This document shows, piece by piece, positions 33,491 to 46,036 of a stretch of 64,000 nt of DNA (positions within the stretch are counted from its first letter, which is position 1; every line of letters begins with the position of its first letter). The translations under genes were made by a program, and so were the position numbers. Origin of the DNA: Epithemia pelagica (lineage: Eukaryota; Protista; Bacillariophyta); the NCBI GenBank assembly GCA_946965045.2, contig OX337228.1, positions 1,674,001 to 1,738,000 of the forward strand, given 5' to 3'. The notes beneath the pieces are model-generated. The model searched no databases, had not been told where the DNA came from, and saw only the letters and a program-made list of their open reading frames with translations.

Positions 33491-35806
33491 TTATGCAGGA
33501 GATGACAGAACCTGTTGAGGGGGAGAAGACCGTGGAACAGCTCCCATACCAGAAAGAACAGCAGACATGTCCACGCGTTGGACACCATCTCCTACCGAGA
33601 ATCCGGCTGCTCGACGAGCCATGTTGCTGCTGGATTCATCCTCGCGGTCATGGACAGGTTCACAGCCTTCCGCATCGGTGCGGAATGAGTTTTGTGATTC
33701 CAAAGATGGTCGCGTCGAAGCAGAGGAAGACGATGGAACGGTGGATCCAGTAGTTTCGCTTGTTGTTGTTGTCGAGGTGACTTGGGTGGAAGACGAATGT
33801 TGCTGTGATTGTTGTTGCGGTTGCTTCTGTTGGATGATTTGGCTTTGTCGTCGGAAACGAATTTGAGCCGATGTGTGGGCATCCAAACGGTGAGGTGATG
33901 GAACATGTAAAGAGGGTTGCATAAACTCTGGAACATGACTCCCATCTGTTGAGGTTACGGTAGTGTCTGTTCGGGCCATTTTGAGCAAAAAGAACTCCCG
34001 CGTTTTGCGAGCATTGGAGAAGCTCGATTTGACGGCATCGGCATCAGACGATCCTGACGCTAGAGCCAAATCGCGGGCCCACGATGTATATTGAAGGGAT
34101 ACCATCCGAATTTTTTCTGGATCCACGCGATTGTACATGCGCTGTCGAGTTTGTTCATCAATAGTTGCTCGAATGGCGCTGCGTACATTTAATTGGCGCT
34201 GCTTGCCTTCCTCCACCGAAACGACGTGTTCCAGTCCCCGTCGCGAGTGACCAAATTTGTGCCACCATTTATCCCCCGTGGCCGTAATGGGATCGCGTGC
34301 CCCCGAGTCCTCAGGACCATTGGTGGGAGTAGTCGATGAAGCAGCTTTCGTTTTATGGCCCGTGCATCGTTCTGAGTTGAGCCATACTTCACTTCCACCT
34401 TCCAACATGGCGCGTGTGATAATTCTTCCGGTTCTTCGAAAATCATCATAATCCGCCTTTTGCCACCAAATGGACCCCTTCTCCTCGTCGTCCATATCAT
34501 TTTTGGACTTGACCGTAACCACACGTGCCATGGGAGCGAACGATACCGGTTTGGAGGCAGGCCGATTGCCTTTCATGGTGGTGCTTTCATACGAAGTTTG
34601 AGGGAACAGAGATCGGCGTTGAGGTGCATGTTTTCGATTCGCCGTGGCAGACAAGTCTCTTCCACTACTTCCGGCATGAGAGAGACCCAACGTCGACGGC
34701 GTCGTCGGAACACTGCCCCGCTTGAGAATTCCCTTCAGAGTCTTGGCTCCGGCTGGCGAGGAGGAGGATGGTGCTGATGGGAGGAGACCACCGGTCGCTG
34801 GATCATATTGTGGCAAATCATTCAAAAGTCCTCGTTGTTTCTTGGCCTTTTTCTTGGGGGAGGCATGGTTGTCAGTACCAGCATCATTGTCATCTTCCTC
34901 GTCTCCATCCGTTTCTGCTTCTGGTGGTGGGAAACCTAGCTTGGCTAACATGGCATGTCGTTCGCGGCTCGACAATTTTTCACCCAAAGCATCGCTACCG
35001 GTGGAAACATCATCGCTATCTCCACTCGATGCAGCCCGTTGAAGCTTTCTGCCATTGACTACCATCACCGATTGTTCCTCCTGCATATTTATATCTGGTG
35101 TTTCCGATGCGGAAGGTGACGCGCCATTGGTTGATTTGGCTTCGCTTTCCTTGTCTGGTTGAACAGTGGGAGATTGTTCCCCTTGATCCTCCTCTTCCAT
35201 GGGCAAGGATCCAGTGGTCCATGGAAAGAGACATGGCAAGAGCGATTGCCAAAAGCCATTGGTCGCTGCCGATATCTTATTGGAATGGCTGTACGATGTC
35301 ATGTAGTAGTCACTGTTGTAATGATAGGGATCGTAATAGGCCGATGAAAACTCGGAATATTTGCCATAATTGGTTTCATGCGAAGGGTCCGACAATGTAC
35401 TTGTTGTTCTCTTGTTGTTGCTATTGTTCAGTTGTGAATTGGATGGTGATTGTGCTTGTTGCTGGTTCTCCTGTGGAGTAGCCGAGACGTTTTCGGTTTC
35501 CATAGCAGAAGGCGATTGCGATGTCACTGTTGTGGAGGAGGATGTCATCATCATCATGGTGTCTCCACTCTGACTACTTATTGGATCATTCTCATGCTCA
35601 TGGGCTCCTCCATCGGTGCTTTCGGTAGTGATTGTGGTGGTGGTCAAATCTTCCGACATTCCCACCACTGCATGACTCTTGTCCGCAGTGTTGTCGTCAT
35701 GATTGGACAATTGTCGCTGTTGTTGCAATTCCTCCTCCTTGGCTGCCTCTCTCCCAAAGGCTTCCAAATCTTGAATCGAATCTTTGGCCAACAATCCCAG
35801 AGACAT
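33491..35806 (-). CDS. Hypothetical low-complexity protein with a conserved diatom-type 'RGLE' helical domain
   Basis: Long S/T/Q-rich ORF with an ordered core: VSFAPMARVVTV...SIWWQKADY...RRGLEH...AIRATIDEQTRQ...ARDLALASG. Confidence 0.7.
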   Translation of the reverse strand: MSLGLLAKDSIQDLEAFGREAAKEEELQQQRQLSNHDDNTADKSHAVVGMSEDLTTTTITTESTDGGAHEHENDPISSQSGDTMMMMTSSSTTVTSQSPSAMETENVSATPQENQQQAQSPSNSQLNNSNNKRTTSTLSDPSHETNYGKYSEFSSAYYDPYHYNSDYYMTSYSHSNKISAATNGFWQSLLPCLFPWTTGSLPMEEEDQGEQSPTVQPDKESEAKSTNGASPSASETPDINMQEEQSVMVVNGRKLQRAASSGDSDDVSTGSDALGEKLSSRERHAMLAKLGFPPPEAETDGDEEDDNDAGTDNHASPKKKAKKQRGLLNDLPQYDPATGGLLPSAPSSSSPAGAKTLKGILKRGSVPTTPSTLGLSHAGSSGRDLSATANRKHAPQRRSLFPQTSYESTTMKGNRPASKPVSFAPMARVVTVKSKNDMDDEEKGSIWWQKADYDDFRRTGRIITRAMLEGGSEVWLNSERCTGHKTKAASSTTPTNGPEDSGARDPITATGDKWWHKFGHSRRGLEHVVSVEEGKQRQLNVRSAIRATIDEQTRQRMYNRVDPEKIRMVSLQYTSWARDLALASGSSDADAVKSSFSNARKTREFFLLKMARTDTTVTSTDGSHVPEFMQPSLHVPSPHRLDAHTSAQIRFRRQSQIIQQKQPQQQSQQHSSSTQVTSTTTTSETTGSTVPSSSSASTRPSLESQNSFRTDAEGCEPVHDREDESSSNMARRAAGFSVGDGVQRVDMSAVLSGMGAVPRSSPPQQVLSSPA

Positions 35807-37338
35807 GATAAACTCGTGTTTGTGTGTTTTCTTCTTCTTTTGCAAACTACCGGTAGATTCAATTGGGTTGTTTCGTGGTGTGGTCGGAGAACGAGATTAC
35901 TGTGGTTGTGGATAGGATGCAAATTGCGTTCTCCGTTTCGGACTCGGCCAATAGAGGTGCGTTGGACGTTCCGGATACCGATCAATGGTCAATCGGCGAG
36001 CACTGTATCGATCCATTCATCCAACACACACACACAAAACAAGAACACGTCAGTCAACCGTGTTTTAAATGTTGCCGGCACGTTTGCCATGCCCTTGGAA
36101 CATCCTCTTCATGGAAGATGCAAATCGAATGGAAGAGTCGCAACATCGCTTGCAAGCGTTCCGGACTGGGGACACTACAGTCTTCCAGGCTATCGTAAAA
36201 AGACACAGGTCGGCCTAGCAACGAGGGCATTGTTCCAAACATCATGCTGCGCTCAATCTTGGAACGAGCGATGCGAAACCTCCAAAACTTCGGACACGAT
36301 ACACCCCCGAAAAGATTGCAGGATCAAACAAAAGCGATACTTACATGTGGCGATGTCCCAAAGAGGCGTACCGCAATGTGACACCAAGAACCAACCAACA
36401 ACGCTGGCAGCAATTGCGATTGCTAGGAGCGAGTGCTTGAAGCGATATCTCCTCTGGAATGGAAAGATTCTCTCTGAACGCGTTTGTGAAAAAGAACAGG
36501 CCACCCATATGCAAAGAAAAGGGGTGGAAGATGACGAGGACAACGAGCTTATGGCGTGTTGTGTATCGCGCGTCGCGAGAGCGAGCGAGAAGCGAGCGCC
36601 ACAGACTGCAGAAGAACAAAGGCCAGACGACGTTCGGAGAAACCCTTCGCTCAACGCTCAACGAACTTGCCACGTGTACACGTCTACTATTCTTGCGAAC
36701 GACCCTAAGTAGTGTATAGGATGCAGTCGAATCTTTGGGAGTGACGTAGATCGAGTCCCGCTGGAAAGATAGGTTCTCCATTCCCCCATCGAGTCCCGGA
36801 TCAAGCACGAGCGTGCGAAAAGTTTCGCTCTCGTTGCGGGCGGCCAGGGACAGACCGTGTTCGCCACGCACCCACAGTCCAATCACACACTTTTCCTCGT
36901 GGTCGGACGGAGCTCTCTAAGGTGCTGATGTGTACATCGTCCCGAGGTTTCTCTCTCACATGTCGTCCAGGTTGGTTGGCAACTTTTGCACATCATCATC
37001 ATCATCGTCGTTCCAAGTTTTATCTTTCCCATCAAGTTCGTCATCGCGTCGGCTCAAACCATATTGCAACAAACACACATGACAATATAGAGGTCTTTCT
37101 TCCAACCAACAACCGAAAACAAGAACAACAAGAGAAATCGATATTGTTGAAGCAAAATTTCTCGTGCCGGAATAAGGCCATTTGTTTGCGATCGCACACT
37201 TCGAAGAAGTTCTTTCTTGTACCCTCCGTACCACCTCTTGTCGAGGAGCGTCCAAAACAAACTCCATCTACCTTCTTGACAGCAACTTGATTGACTTTCA
37301 GACGTACATCGACAGAGACGGAAATACTATCTATCATC

Positions 37339-39483
37339 ATGATGATCAAGACGCAGCCGTTTGTCTTGACGACCAGACGACAACCCTTTCGAAATCTCGC
37401 CTGTGTGGCCATTTTGGCCTTGTCGTGTACTCATGCCTTTGTCTTGTCAAGCCGACAAAGCGTTGACACGGCCACCCAAACAACATTCACAACGGGAAAT
37501 TTGGATGGCCAACGATCCACCTCACATTCACAACTCAACGTCATGCAAGTACCTCCCACCATGGAAACTACCACACGGCCTGAAGAAGAAGATGATGATG
37601 AAAACAATTTGAATGGTCAAGCCAAGAAAAGCTTTTTGTGGAACCATCTGAGCTCGCTGAGGCGAAATAATGGACAGGCAAGAACCTTGTCGTTGGTTCA
37701 AGAGTCTGCAATGGGTGCACCCGCCGCCTATGGTGGACGAGGTGGATCGGTGCAACTGCGCAATGGTGCATCTTTGCAGCAAACGACGCAAGCAGAACCA
37801 CGAAGGATGGGGGCCCCAATTGAATTGGAACAAGAAGAAGAACCCAATGGTAAAAATGGATATTCCACATCTCCACAACCCAATCCAGAGTATGAAAAAC
37901 GAGCGGAATATGTCGCCGAAACCAAATTGCCCTCCGAATTTGGCAAGTTTCGCATGCGAGCCTATCGTGTTCCTGGAGAACCCATTGGCAAAGAACCATG
38001 TGTGATTTATGCACGAGATAAGCCACCCATGGGGACGGCCAGTCAACCGTCGCACAATGTCCCCGTCCGTGTTCACGATCAATGTCTCACGTCCGAGGTA
38101 TTTGGATCACAACGGTACGTATATCACACAACGAGGACGACGCTTGAATTCTGTCCACACTCTTCTAAACAAAGTTTGTCCTTCTCTCGTTGATAATGCT
38201 TCAGGTGTGATTGTAAAGACCAACTCATCATGTCGCTTGAATATATAAAGAAGAATGGTGGCTGCGTTATTTATTTACAGCAGGAGGGCCGTGGAATTGG
38301 ATTGGCCAACAAGATCGCCGCCTATGCCTTGCAAGATATGGGGTTGGACACGGTGGATGCCAACCTTCATTTGGGATTTGACGAAGACGAGCGAGAATAC
38401 GATATCATCCCTAGTATATTGGAAGACATGAACATTGCCGACATTCAACTCATGACCAATAACCCGCGTAAAGTGGAGTATTTGTCGGATTTGAATGTTC
38501 GTGTGGAGAATACCATTCCCATGGTCGTACCCACCGTCAATTCATACAATCGAAAATACATGGAGACGAAAAAGACTCGAATGCATCATTCTAATTTTGC
38601 CGACCTCTTGAGCCGTAACAACGCTGACGAGACGACGGCCAACGGAGTGGCCAATGGCAAAGACCAACCACCGATGCATATGATGTCAAGACGAGCGAGT
38701 ATGCCCAATGCGAACGACGACTCTGTGTCTTCTCTTTCAACAGAAACTGTACAAGAAGAAAACAAGTTCCACGTGTCGGTCACGGTGGATACAGTTGTGG
38801 AAGAGAACCATGACGACGACGAAGAGGGTGTTGTTTCGGGTGAAGATGGATACTGCTTTGGTCGAGAATCGGTGGAGGAAGCTATTGCTGCAATTGCCCG
38901 AGGAGAAATGGTTGTGGTTGTGGATGATATGGACCGCGAGAATGAAGGTGATTTTATCATGGCGGCCGATCAATGTACTCCTATGGATATGGCCCGTATC
39001 ATTCGGTACTCTTCGGGTGTCATTTGCGTGGCCTTGGAGGATGATCGACTGGAAGAGCTTAAATTGCCTGCCATGGTTACGCAAAACGAGGATCCAAAGG
39101 GTACTGCCTTTACAGTCACAGTTGATGCCACAAAAGAACACGGCATTACGACAGGTATTAGCGCGAAAGAACGTGCTACAACGATTCAACTACTGGCAAA
39201 TCCTGAGACTAGGGCTGTGGATTTCCATCGTCCCGGTCACATTTTACCCCTCAGAGCACGACCGGGTGGTGTCTTGGCCCGGGATGGCCACACCGAGGCG
39301 GCTATAGACCTTTCTCGATTGGCGAATCGACAACCGGCTGGGGTACTCTGTGAAATAGTGTCCGAAGAAAATCCCACAGAAATGATGCGATTACCAGAGA
39401 TTAAGCGCTTTTGCAAACGTCATGGTCATGTGCTGACCAGCATTGCCGATTTAGCGCAATACCGGAGAGATATGGGAGTATGA
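37339..39483 (+). CDS. Bifunctional riboflavin biosynthesis enzyme: GTP cyclohydrolase II (N-terminal) + DHBP synthase (C-terminal), plastid presequence; 2 exons
   Basis: Intron 38115-38204 (GTACGT...TCAG) yields HDQCLTSEVFGSQRCDC, EGRGIGL, DEREY, MTNNP. The same frame continues into DDMDRENEGD, GVICVAL, TAFTVTVD, TTGISA, RPGHILPL, GHTEAAIDL, CEI. Signal + THA-FVL. Confidence 0.93.
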
Positions 39484-39908
39484 ACAAGTCACAACGACAA
39501 ACACCAACGCGCCACAAACCTCTGACGAGCATGGCTGCTCGAGCTATTGAGGTACAACGCTTGCTTTTCTATCAGTTCAGAAAGAAAGATTTTCGTAAGG
39601 AATGACATGTGGACTACATAGCCTTACCAATCGATTCATTATAAACACATCTTTATTTTTTTGATTTTGTGAGCGCAGATTCCGTTTTCCATTAGTAGTG
39701 CGACTGATCTCATACGTACTTGTTGAGGTAACCCGGTTTTTCTGTTTTGAAGTTGAATTTTCAAAATGACATTTTCTTCCCCATCAAATCTGTGTATGAT
39801 ACCGTCCACCCATCCCACAGTCACAGCGGACGAACACCGTAGCCATCAAGATTCTCAAGATTGCAACTGGCAATTAGAATCGGTCTTCAATCAACAAACA
39901 ACAAGGGG

Positions 39909-41924
39909 ATGAGGCCGATGGGACTCCCTTCTATACCAACACCAACAAACTCCTTGGTAGGACGGACCCTTGCCATCATGTTTCTCTTTATGTCTCTCTC
40001 ATCGGTGCATGGATTCGTCACACGATCGTCGTGGTCGACGCACGCGATTAGATCGGCATCTACAATGAAGCATCGTCAATTCTTAGGCCTCGCTCCGTTG
40101 GCCCGAATTGGTCAGTCTTCGCGCCTACTGTCGTCTCGGACGTTATCGTTGAGAAAAATGAGTAGCAGTAGTACATCTGTGTCTATTGACGAACTCAATG
40201 AAAAAATCAAAGTCAAGGGCGATGAAATTAGAGCTCTCAAGGCCGACGGCATAAGCAAGGACGATTTGGCACCTCATATTCAGGAACTTTTGGCTCTTAA
40301 AGAACAACTACCAAAGGAAGAAGGAGCGGGTGATGACAAACCAAAGGTGGAAAAGAAGCCACCAAACAAACAAAAGACAAAGAATTCCAAACCAGCAACC
40401 GAAAAGCCACCCCTCAGCAAAGAGCAAGAAATGACAGACTTGAGACTGAACCGATTGGCAAAGATTAGTGCCATTCGAGAAGCTGGTGGAGAACCTTTTG
40501 CGTACACGTTTGCGACTACCCATACCGCCCAAGACTTGGCCAATCTTTATGCCGACAAGTTGGAAAATGGAGAAGAAGACGAAGATGCGAATGTCTCAGT
40601 GGCTGGTCGTATCATGACTCGTCGAGTCTTTGGAAAATTAGCTTTCTTTACCTTGCAAGATGAAACGGGGACAATTCAACTTCAATTTGACAAGAGTCGC
40701 TTGTCGGAGGGTGATTCTTTCCGCCAATTAAAGGAATGGACGGATGGAGGGGATATTGTGGGAGTGAGTGGATCCATACGACGGACTGACAAGGGAGAGT
40801 TGACCGTTTATGCCAAGGAATGGGTCATGTTGACCAAGGCCGTTTTGCCCCTTCCCGATAAGTTTCACGGCTTGAATGATGTCACCAAACGATATCGATC
40901 TCGACAACTGGATTTGATTGTCAACCCACAAGTCCGAGAAACCTTTCGGAAGCGTGCCATGATCCAGTCCAAACTTCGCCGCTTATTGGACGAAAAGGGC
41001 TTTTTGGAAATTGAAACTCCCGTCTTGCATTCGCAAAGTGGAGGGGCCGAGGCCAAACCCTTTGAGACTTACCACAACACTATGGACATGGATCTTACCC
41101 TACGTATTGCGACTGAATTGCACCTCAAACGGCTCATTATTGGTGGCTTTGATCGAGTCTATGAGCTGGGACGTATTTTTCGGAACGAGGGCATCTCGAC
41201 GCGTCACAACCCCGAATTCACCTCAATTGAATTGTATCAAGCCTATGCCGACTACCATGACATGATGGATCTAACAGAATATCTCGTCTGTAGTATAGCA
41301 GACGAAGTATGCGGAGGTTTGACGCTACCGTATGGAGATCACACAGTCTCTTTGGAACGACCCTGGCGACGAGTGACCATGCATGATATTGTCAAGACGG
41401 AAATTCCCGACTTTGACTTCGACAAGGATGCCTCCTTGGACGAGGCTCGTGCCGTAGCCGCCCAAGCAGGAGTGCCCAATACAGGCAAGTTGGCCACTGT
41501 AGGGGAGGTGTTGAATGCATGCTTTGAAGAATTGTGTGAACCCAAATTGATTCAACCTACCTTTGTCATTGACTATCCGGTGGAAGTGAGTCCACTGGCC
41601 AAACCTCATCGAAGTAAACCCGGATTGGTGGAACGATTTGAACTCTTTGCGGTTGGTCGAGAGCACGCCAACTCCTTTAGCGAGCTGACGGATCCTGTAG
41701 ATCAACGACTTCGTTTTGAAGCACAGGCTCTCAAGAAGGCGGCAGGGGATGAAGAAGCCTGCGATGTGGATGAAGACTTCTTAGCAGCCTTGGAACAGGG
41801 TATGCCACCTACGGGTGGTTTAGGTATTGGTATTGATCGACTGGTCATGCTCCTCACCAATTCTCCATCGATTCGAGATGTGATTGCCTTTCCACTGTTG
41901 AAACCAGACTTGACCAAATTGTAA
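39909..41924 (+). CDS. lysS: Lysyl-tRNA synthetase class II (bacterial/organellar type) with N-terminal WHEP-like domain
   Basis: OB-fold [86 protein letters not shown]. Signal + VHG-FV; the start could alternatively be 39978. Confidence 0.95.
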   Translation: MRPMGLPSIPTPTNSLVGRTLAIMFLFMSLSSVHGFVTRSSWSTHAIRSASTMKHRQFLGLAPLARIGQSSRLLSSRTLSLRKMSSSSTSVSIDELNEKIKVKGDEIRALKADGISKDDLAPHIQELLALKEQLPKEEGAGDDKPKVEKKPPNKQKTKNSKPATEKPPLSKEQEMTDLRLNRLAKISAIREAGGEPFAYTFATTHTAQDLANLYADKLENGEEDEDANVSVAGRIMTRRVFGKLAFFTLQDETGTIQLQFDKSRLSEGDSFRQLKEWTDGGDIVGVSGSIRRTDKGELTVYAKEWVMLTKAVLPLPDKFHGLNDVTKRYRSRQLDLIVNPQVRETFRKRAMIQSKLRRLLDEKGFLEIETPVLHSQSGGAEAKPFETYHNTMDMDLTLRIATELHLKRLIIGGFDRVYELGRIFRNEGISTRHNPEFTSIELYQAYADYHDMMDLTEYLVCSIADEVCGGLTLPYGDHTVSLERPWRRVTMHDIVKTEIPDFDFDKDASLDEARAVAAQAGVPNTGKLATVGEVLNACFEELCEPKLIQPTFVIDYPVEVSPLAKPHRSKPGLVERFELFAVGREHANSFSELTDPVDQRLRFEAQALKKAAGDEEACDVDEDFLAALEQGMPPTGGLGIGIDRLVMLLTNSPSIRDVIAFPLLKPDLTKL

Positions 41925-42170
41925 TCCAGTCAAAGAGATACAAGCATAGAGTGCAGTATTTTAATCTTTTATCAGTGTTACCATGAGTTTTTTTGTCTTG
42001 AGAGAACAAAGCGAACGATCTTTTTGAGTTCATACAGAAATGGTGCTAGAAATCATTAACCGCTTTCCATGGACTTTCGCCAAAGCAACAGAAGAAAATG
42101 AACATACGTGTCCATGTACCAAGACACTTCCTACTTTACAAATGTTTGATATTGTGACCTAGTCGGAACC

Positions 42171-43081
42171 TCAATTGTTTTCATTTCCTGAAGCACTGCT
42201 GGCAAATCTCGTCAGGCGATCTGAAATATCTTGAGCCGGGAAATTGGAAAATCGATTGGCGGCCGACTGGAAGGAATGACCATCGGCATCGGTTCCGGTC
42301 CAGACCACGTACAAGAGCAAATCGCAAGATTCCGGATTCGCCGCACATTCGTCTTCACTCGAGGGACAACCTCCAACAGCTTGTCCGGCTGAACTTCGTG
42401 TCTGAGGGACGCCATTGTAATCGTACGTGACACCTGTGCATTCTCCACCACCACAAAAACCACAGGCATCGTCCCAGGTAACACCACGCACTCGACCGTG
42501 TTCGACATCAATAATGGCAGTCAAGTGCGGAAAGATTTTACCCGCGCCTGAGGAGGGGGAGAATTCGTGGTACAAACGCAAGAATGACAAGTGTTGCTGG
42601 GATGCCACACCAACCGAAATGTTGCGATTTCTCCAACCATCTGGAGCATTTCTCACCAGATCCAAATAGGCTGTCAATATCATGATTCGACCAAAAGAAT
42701 TATATAGATAAAGTCAGAATTGGGATTAATCAGAAAAGATAAAAGGCCAAATCTTTCAAGATTTTGCCAAGTGTTATTGGTACTTTCGATGCCGATTTAC
42801 GCAACAATGGACTTACAATTCGATACATGGAATCGGGAATATTGATCAATTTTGGGAGAGAACGACAATCGCAAATAGGTAACTTGTCCACCCCAATCTT
42901 CGGTATTACCCACATGCAAACAAATGACAGTTCGTTGATCGACTTTTAACCGTGTCAAGGGATCTTCAATGGGACCGCATCCGGACCACGTGATATTATT
43001 GGCCGACACGGTCTTCACCCACAATCCCAACATCAACAGGAGAGCTGTTGTTGCTACATTGGTCAATCGAAAGGAATTCAT
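42171..43081 (-). CDS. Secreted cysteine-rich hypothetical protein; 2 exons
   Basis: Signal peptide (ATTALLLMLGLWVKTVSA). Intron 42671-42816 (GTAAGT...ACAG, phase 1) joins the two ORFs. C-terminal WDDACGFC...CDLLLYVVWTGTD...SAANRFS. Confidence 0.75.
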
Positions 43082-43638
43082 GATAGGAGTACAAAGGGAA
43101 TGACAACCACAAACAATAACTGGAACAGCAAACAGCAACTCGAGGAGAAAACCAATACGAATCGACAACGGCACACCAAAGTTGGGTTGGAGAAAAGTCT
43201 TTTTGATTTGAAAGAAGTCACGGGTTGTGAAAAGTCGTCGTTTGATTCTTGTGAAGCAAAACCTCATCTCGAATCTACCTTCAGTTGTTTTGGAGCGGAG
43301 GCCAGACGACAGAGCCTGCTAACCTTATGTCTTCTTGTTTGGTCTTGGTGGACCGTCCACGCAAACGTACGTGGTGCGCCTCATGCAAGATCTGCCGCCA
43401 ACAAATCCATACAGCCAAACAACAGAGAAGCACAATTGGGGCAAGAGTTTTAAGAAAATAGAAGAAAGCCCGCCGAAGAAGCAGTAACAACACACCATAC
43501 ACAATATCATTTCTGAGCTTGTTGACTGTTGCGGTGTACTCGAGAGATCGATCGCAGTTCTAGGACGAGGAGGTCTGAGCTAGCTGACTTGAAGGAAGGC
43601 CAGATTTGTGTATCTTGCCTTGCCAACGCGAACTGTGA

Positions 43639-45807
43639 ATGTCTTCGTCCACCAATAACGATATTGGAAGAATCTCTGGAAGCTGCATGTCCACCACCAC
43701 AATGAGACCAAAACAATGGTGGAGGCACAATCACTTGGCTCCTGCGCTTGTCCTTGTTTTTGCAGTGGCGGCATGTCCAGAGACTTTGGCCTTTGTCGCC
43801 ACTCCTCCTTCTTCTTCGTCGAGTTTGCATGGATCCACAGCTTGTGTACCAAAATGGACATTGCTTCACGAGAATAAGGATGACAGCAGCAATGAGGACT
43901 CTTCCAGCAGCAGCAAAACTAGAGGCGGCGGTGGTGGATTTTTTGCGGCAGCCCAATATTTTCAGTCCATGATGAATGCGGACAATGGCAAACAAGCAAC
44001 CGAATCGACAGACACGACAACAACCGTCAATGGGAATGTGCAAGACGAAAGTGAAGTGGCTGAGTTGGTCACCAAGATTCAAAATTTGACCGTCGTGGAA
44101 GATATCAATGGAAATGTAGAATCAGCCACAGAAAGCGACACGGACGATGCCAGCGACACTCCAGAACCGGAATTGTCTTTGGAGGAAGAAAAATCGAATG
44201 AGGAGGACGAGGCTAAAGACACTCCTCCACCATTGACTCCTCGTCCACCGGAGAATGCACCGCGTGCTGTTCAATTGGCACAAGAGTACCAAACGCTCAA
44301 GGAAGAATCAGACCAAACCTCCGACAACATTGACTCCTTGCAATTGCGCGTCACGGATTTGCAAAGCCAATTGACAGCGAAACAGATGGAACTGGATGAG
44401 TCTCGATCCGATTGGAAAGAGGAAAAGGAAGGCCTCTTGGATCGGATTGCGCAAATGGTGGGCATTGTAGAAGAATCGCGTCAGGTATTGGAAATTAGTG
44501 AAGAAGAACGCAATCGCAAGGAAAAACTCGAGTCAGAAGTGGAATTATTGCAGTCACAAATCGTACAAGTTCAAAATGCCTTGCGACGAGAACAGCGAGC
44601 AAGAGAGGCCATGCGAAGTCGATTGTCGGACATTGAAGATACCATGGAGTTTGAACAAATGGAATTTGAGAAAGAAAAAACAAAGTTAAAGGAGCAATTG
44701 GAAGAAGAAAAGAAACGATTGGAACAGGTACAAAAATCCTGGGAGGAGGATCAAGCCAACTTTTCCAAGTCACGACAGGTGATTGAAGACCAATTAAAGC
44801 AAGAAAATGAACGCTTGGCACAGGCCCAAATGGAATGGGCCAAGAACCAAGCCGAGTACGAACGACAACAAGAAGAATTGGAGGAGTTGGTCAAGGAACA
44901 ACGCGATCGTCTTTCCGAGACGGAACAAACCCTCAGACAGGAACGGGAGGCTGTGGGAGTTGAAAAGTCAGCTCTCAAGTCCATGCTCAATGACGATCGA
45001 CAACGATTGCAACAAGTGGAAAAGCAGCTAGAAGAACAAAGCAAGACGTTTGAAGAAACACAGGCCAAATTAGAACAACAAATTGTGGTGGAACAAGACA
45101 AGGTCGAGGCCTTGTATGAAAAGTTGCAAACCGAACAAGAATCTTTTGAGGCTCAGCGACAAAATTTGCAAATGAATTTAGATGTCGAACGAGCTCGCGT
45201 AGTTGCAGTGGAAAGTGACTTGGAAACAGAACGAGAGGCCTTTGAAGTAGAACGAGCAAAGTTGCGTCGGGAATTGGAACTCCAGTCCTTTCGTACTCGC
45301 CGATCCAAAAAAGAAATGGCAGAACGATACAATGCCATCCGATCCCAAATGACTGCATTGTGGGAAGGTGCCAAACGAGATGCCCGCAATGAGCGACGTC
45401 GAATCACCGAACGATACGAACGCAAATTAACGGCCATGTCCACCGCTGTGGGATCCTTGGAACAAAATCTGCAAACGGCCCGACAGACCAGTGAGCAATT
45501 GGCCTTGGTATTAAGAGATTTGGAAGCCTCCAAAGATTCGTCGCGGGATGAATCTCGATTGGTTGAAACCAGATACACGGCCATGATTGCACAACGCAAT
45601 CGCGAAATTGACGATTTGAAATCCAATCTCATGTATCTCAAGACGGCCGTCCAATACAAGGAAGAACAATTGGAACAATACGAAACCTCATTTCGTGCCT
45701 TGCTGAAACTGGGTGTCAAGGTAACAGGTCACAAACTCAGAACGGGACGGAAAAAAGTTTCGAAATGGGTGGGACGAGGACGGCGAGCATCATCCGGGGA
45801 CGAGTAA
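43639..45807 (+). CDS. Long coiled-coil protein with plastid-type presequence
   Basis: LVLVFAVAACPETLA-FV signal, then about 450 aa of E/Q/K/R heptad-rich sequence. Confidence 0.75.
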   Translation: MSSSTNNDIGRISGSCMSTTTMRPKQWWRHNHLAPALVLVFAVAACPETLAFVATPPSSSSSLHGSTACVPKWTLLHENKDDSSNEDSSSSSKTRGGGGGFFAAAQYFQSMMNADNGKQATESTDTTTTVNGNVQDESEVAELVTKIQNLTVVEDINGNVESATESDTDDASDTPEPELSLEEEKSNEEDEAKDTPPPLTPRPPENAPRAVQLAQEYQTLKEESDQTSDNIDSLQLRVTDLQSQLTAKQMELDESRSDWKEEKEGLLDRIAQMVGIVEESRQVLEISEEERNRKEKLESEVELLQSQIVQVQNALRREQRAREAMRSRLSDIEDTMEFEQMEFEKEKTKLKEQLEEEKKRLEQVQKSWEEDQANFSKSRQVIEDQLKQENERLAQAQMEWAKNQAEYERQQEELEELVKEQRDRLSETEQTLRQEREAVGVEKSALKSMLNDDRQRLQQVEKQLEEQSKTFEETQAKLEQQIVVEQDKVEALYEKLQTEQESFEAQRQNLQMNLDVERARVVAVESDLETEREAFEVERAKLRRELELQSFRTRRSKKEMAERYNAIRSQMTALWEGAKRDARNERRRITERYERKLTAMSTAVGSLEQNLQTARQTSEQLALVLRDLEASKDSSRDESRLVETRYTAMIAQRNREIDDLKSNLMYLKTAVQYKEEQLEQYETSFRALLKLGVKVTGHKLRTGRKKVSKWVGRGRRASSGDE

Positions 45808-46036
45808 ATTTCTTGCACTAGTTAAAAGCGATGTGTATGTATCTATGTTTTTATTACAAAGTGCTCAATGTATTGAATAAAGGCCTCAGCTTGTTTTCAG
45901 GGATAGTCGAGATGGATGATGATTGATGAGGAAACAAGTTCTTGTTTTCAATTTTATCGTGACCGTACTTAATGTCTCGGACACCGTGTACTGTCTGACT
46001 GTCAGATGAGTGGCCGATGCTTCGCGAAAGCTTATT

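Noticed and set aside
35450-36712. 420-aa plus-strand ORF partly in intergenic DNA
   Set aside because: Non-ATG start, overlaps the 33491-35806 gene antisense, and has a C/R/S-rich composition with no domain signature.
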